From positions 62,774 through 126,773 of the forward strand of contig CAYLHT010000002.1 of the NCBI GenBank assembly GCA_964383765.1: a stretch of DNA of 64,000 nucleotides. Direction: 5' to 3'. The translations under genes were made by a program, and so were the position numbers. This stretch comes from an uncultured Gammaproteobacteria bacterium. GTDB taxonomy: Bacteria; Patescibacteriota; Patescibacteriia; SBBC01; CAIJZX01. Below, piece by piece: positions 62,660-64,000 of the stretch. Under the pieces are notes generated by a model that was not told the DNA's origin, did no database searches, and saw nothing but the letters and a program-made list of their open reading frames with translations. Positions within the stretch are counted from its first letter, which is position 1. Each line of letters starts with the position of its first letter.

Positions 62660-64000
62660 ATGATTCTGCCCGACCAGCATCTCCGAAAACTTCTTGAGAA
62701 AGCCATTGCCAAGGCCTACTCGCAGGTGGGGGAGATTGAAATTCCGATCGAACCGACGGCTGAGGCGCGGTTCGGAGACTATACCTCAACTGTGGCTTTG
62801 AAATTAGCGAAGCAACTCAATGAACAACCGCGCGAAGTCGCTCAGCATTTGATCGCACAACTCGGAACCCTGGCCCCGATGATTGAAAAAGCCGACGTGG
62901 CTGGTGCCGGATTTATAAATTTCACGCTCAAACCGTTGTGGTTATTGAAGCAAATCGACGGGGTGGCCAAAGAAAAAAAGTTCGGCGCTAGTACGATTGG
63001 CGGCGGGAAAAAAGTGTTGCTGGAGTTTGTGTCGGCTAATCCAACCGGCCCAGTCACGCTTGGCAATGGTCGGGCGGCGTTTTCGGGTGATACGTTGTCG
63101 AATATCCTCTCACTACTTGGCTGGAAAGTTATACGTGAGTACTACATTAACGACTCGGGCAACCAAGTAGAAATCTTGGCTGAATCAGTGCTTCGCCGAT
63201 ATTGGCAACAACAAGGCATTAAAACTGAGTACCCGGACTACTGCTACCAAGGAGAGTACGTTAATGACTTGGCTAAGCACTTGAAGCTCCAGATGTACAA
63301 AGTGCAAAGTGTGGCGATCTTACGCGATCGGATCAAAGGCCGCGTTCTCGAAATGATGATTAAGGATCACATGCGCGTGATGAGAAAGATAGGTGTCAAA
63401 TACTCGACGTGGTTTCGAGAAAGCACTCTCCATAAGCGCAAGCTGACGGAAAAAATGATCGACTACCTCGATCAACACGGTCTGCTATTTCAGCAAGACG
63501 GCGCCGCCTGGTTTAAGACCACCGCTTTTGGCGATGATAAAGATCGGGTGCTTGTCAAAAAAGATGGCAGCATGACCTATCTGGTTGCAGACGTGGCGTT
63601 GCGCTGGAATAGATTTATGGAGCGCAAGATTGACCGGGAAATTATTTACCTCGGGGCTGATCACCATGGGTACATCGGCCGACTGAATGCGATTGCAGCC
63701 GCTTTGGGCCATGCCCGCGCGATCGATGTTTTGATTCTGCAACTCGTCCGATTAATGAAAGACGGACAAGAAGTCAAAATGTCCAAGCGAGCTGGAACCT
63801 ACGTGACACTGGAAGAAGTTGTTGATGAGGTGGGTGTGGATGCCGCTCGGTTCTTTTTCCTGATGCACGGCGGCAATACCCACATGGATTTCGATCTCAA
63901 CTTAGCCAAGGAAAAATCCGAAAAAAATCCAGTCTACTACGTCCAATATGCTCACGCGCGAATCGCGAGTATCCTGACGAAAACGAAAAAATTGCCGGTG
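62660..64000 (+). CDS. argS: Arginine--tRNA ligase, 5' partial (runs off the window end).
   Basis: Open frame from ATG 62660 to the window end. N-terminal Arg_tRNA_synt_N-like domain. Class I HIGH-like region SANPTGPVTLGNGR. HMDFDL and YVQYAHAR motifs. Confidence 0.85.
   Translation, partial: MILPDQHLRKLLEKAIAKAYSQVGEIEIPIEPTAEARFGDYTSTVALKLAKQLNEQPREVAQHLIAQLGTLAPMIEKADVAGAGFINFTLKPLWLLKQIDGVAKEKKFGASTIGGGKKVLLEFVSANPTGPVTLGNGRAAFSGDTLSNILSLLGWKVIREYYINDSGNQVEILAESVLRRYWQQQGIKTEYPDYCYQGEYVNDLAKHLKLQMYKVQSVAILRDRIKGRVLEMMIKDHMRVMRKIGVKYSTWFRESTLHKRKLTEKMIDYLDQHGLLFQQDGAAWFKTTAFGDDKDRVLVKKDGSMTYLVADVALRWNRFMERKIDREIIYLGADHHGYIGRLNAIAAALGHARAIDVLILQLVRLMKDGQEVKMSKRAGTYVTLEEVVDEVGVDAARFFFLMHGGNTHMDFDLNLAKEKSEKNPVYYVQYAHARIASILTKTKKLPV

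Noticed and set aside
1-64000. CRISPR arrays, IS transposases, integrases or phage genes
   Set aside because: No regularly spaced short direct repeats, and no ORF with transposase, integrase, capsid or terminase motifs. The repeat families found are short noncoding palindromic elements.

Overview
This 64-kb window is a bacterial chromosome segment with higher GC than two AT-rich islands at 35.9-36.8 kb and 49.2-50.6 kb. Genes are tightly packed and often overlap, mostly on the + strand, and candidate promoters share a recurrent TATACT -10 hexamer. The left 21 kb is a cell-surface locus. It holds a 5'-truncated giant Thr/Gly/Ser/Asn-rich repeat protein of more than 4487 aa. Two smaller secreted proteins share N- or C-terminal modules with it. 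A signal-peptide protein with a C-terminal membrane anchor follows. Next is a protein ending in a textbook duplicated dockerin segment. Three consecutive membrane-anchored proteins then each begin with a cohesin-like domain and carry Fn3-like domains. A cohesin-dockerin surface assembly system coupled to a giant adhesin is the most interesting candidate here. The rest is mostly housekeeping: tRNA-Val, lepB, hisS, a HIT protein, rpsU, yqeY, ybeY, dgkA, ftsA, ftsZ, prfB with its +1 frameshift, glmS, a split comEC, tRNA-Asp, rplT-rpmI-infC on the - strand, tmRNA beside smpB, and the argS start. There is also a second giant 2036-aa multi-domain exoprotein with Ig-like, IPT, CBM and pseudopilin-like modules, and two paralogous TSP3-repeat proteins. 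A vitamin-B12 themed cluster contains nrdR, class II nrdJ, a CobO-like corrinoid adenosyltransferase, two DUF4430-like proteins and a putative ECF S-component-like membrane protein. Four small families of inverted-repeat or hairpin intergenic elements occur, two of them placed exactly at gene starts or in front of tmRNA. There is also an odd nested tRNA-Asp arrangement, a duplicated prfB leader mini-ORF, and many spurious antisense ORFs inside the low-complexity giant genes. The lineage cannot be assigned from the sequence. The features are compatible with a small-genome Gram-positive-like or Patescibacteria-like bacterium, but that is an inference only.
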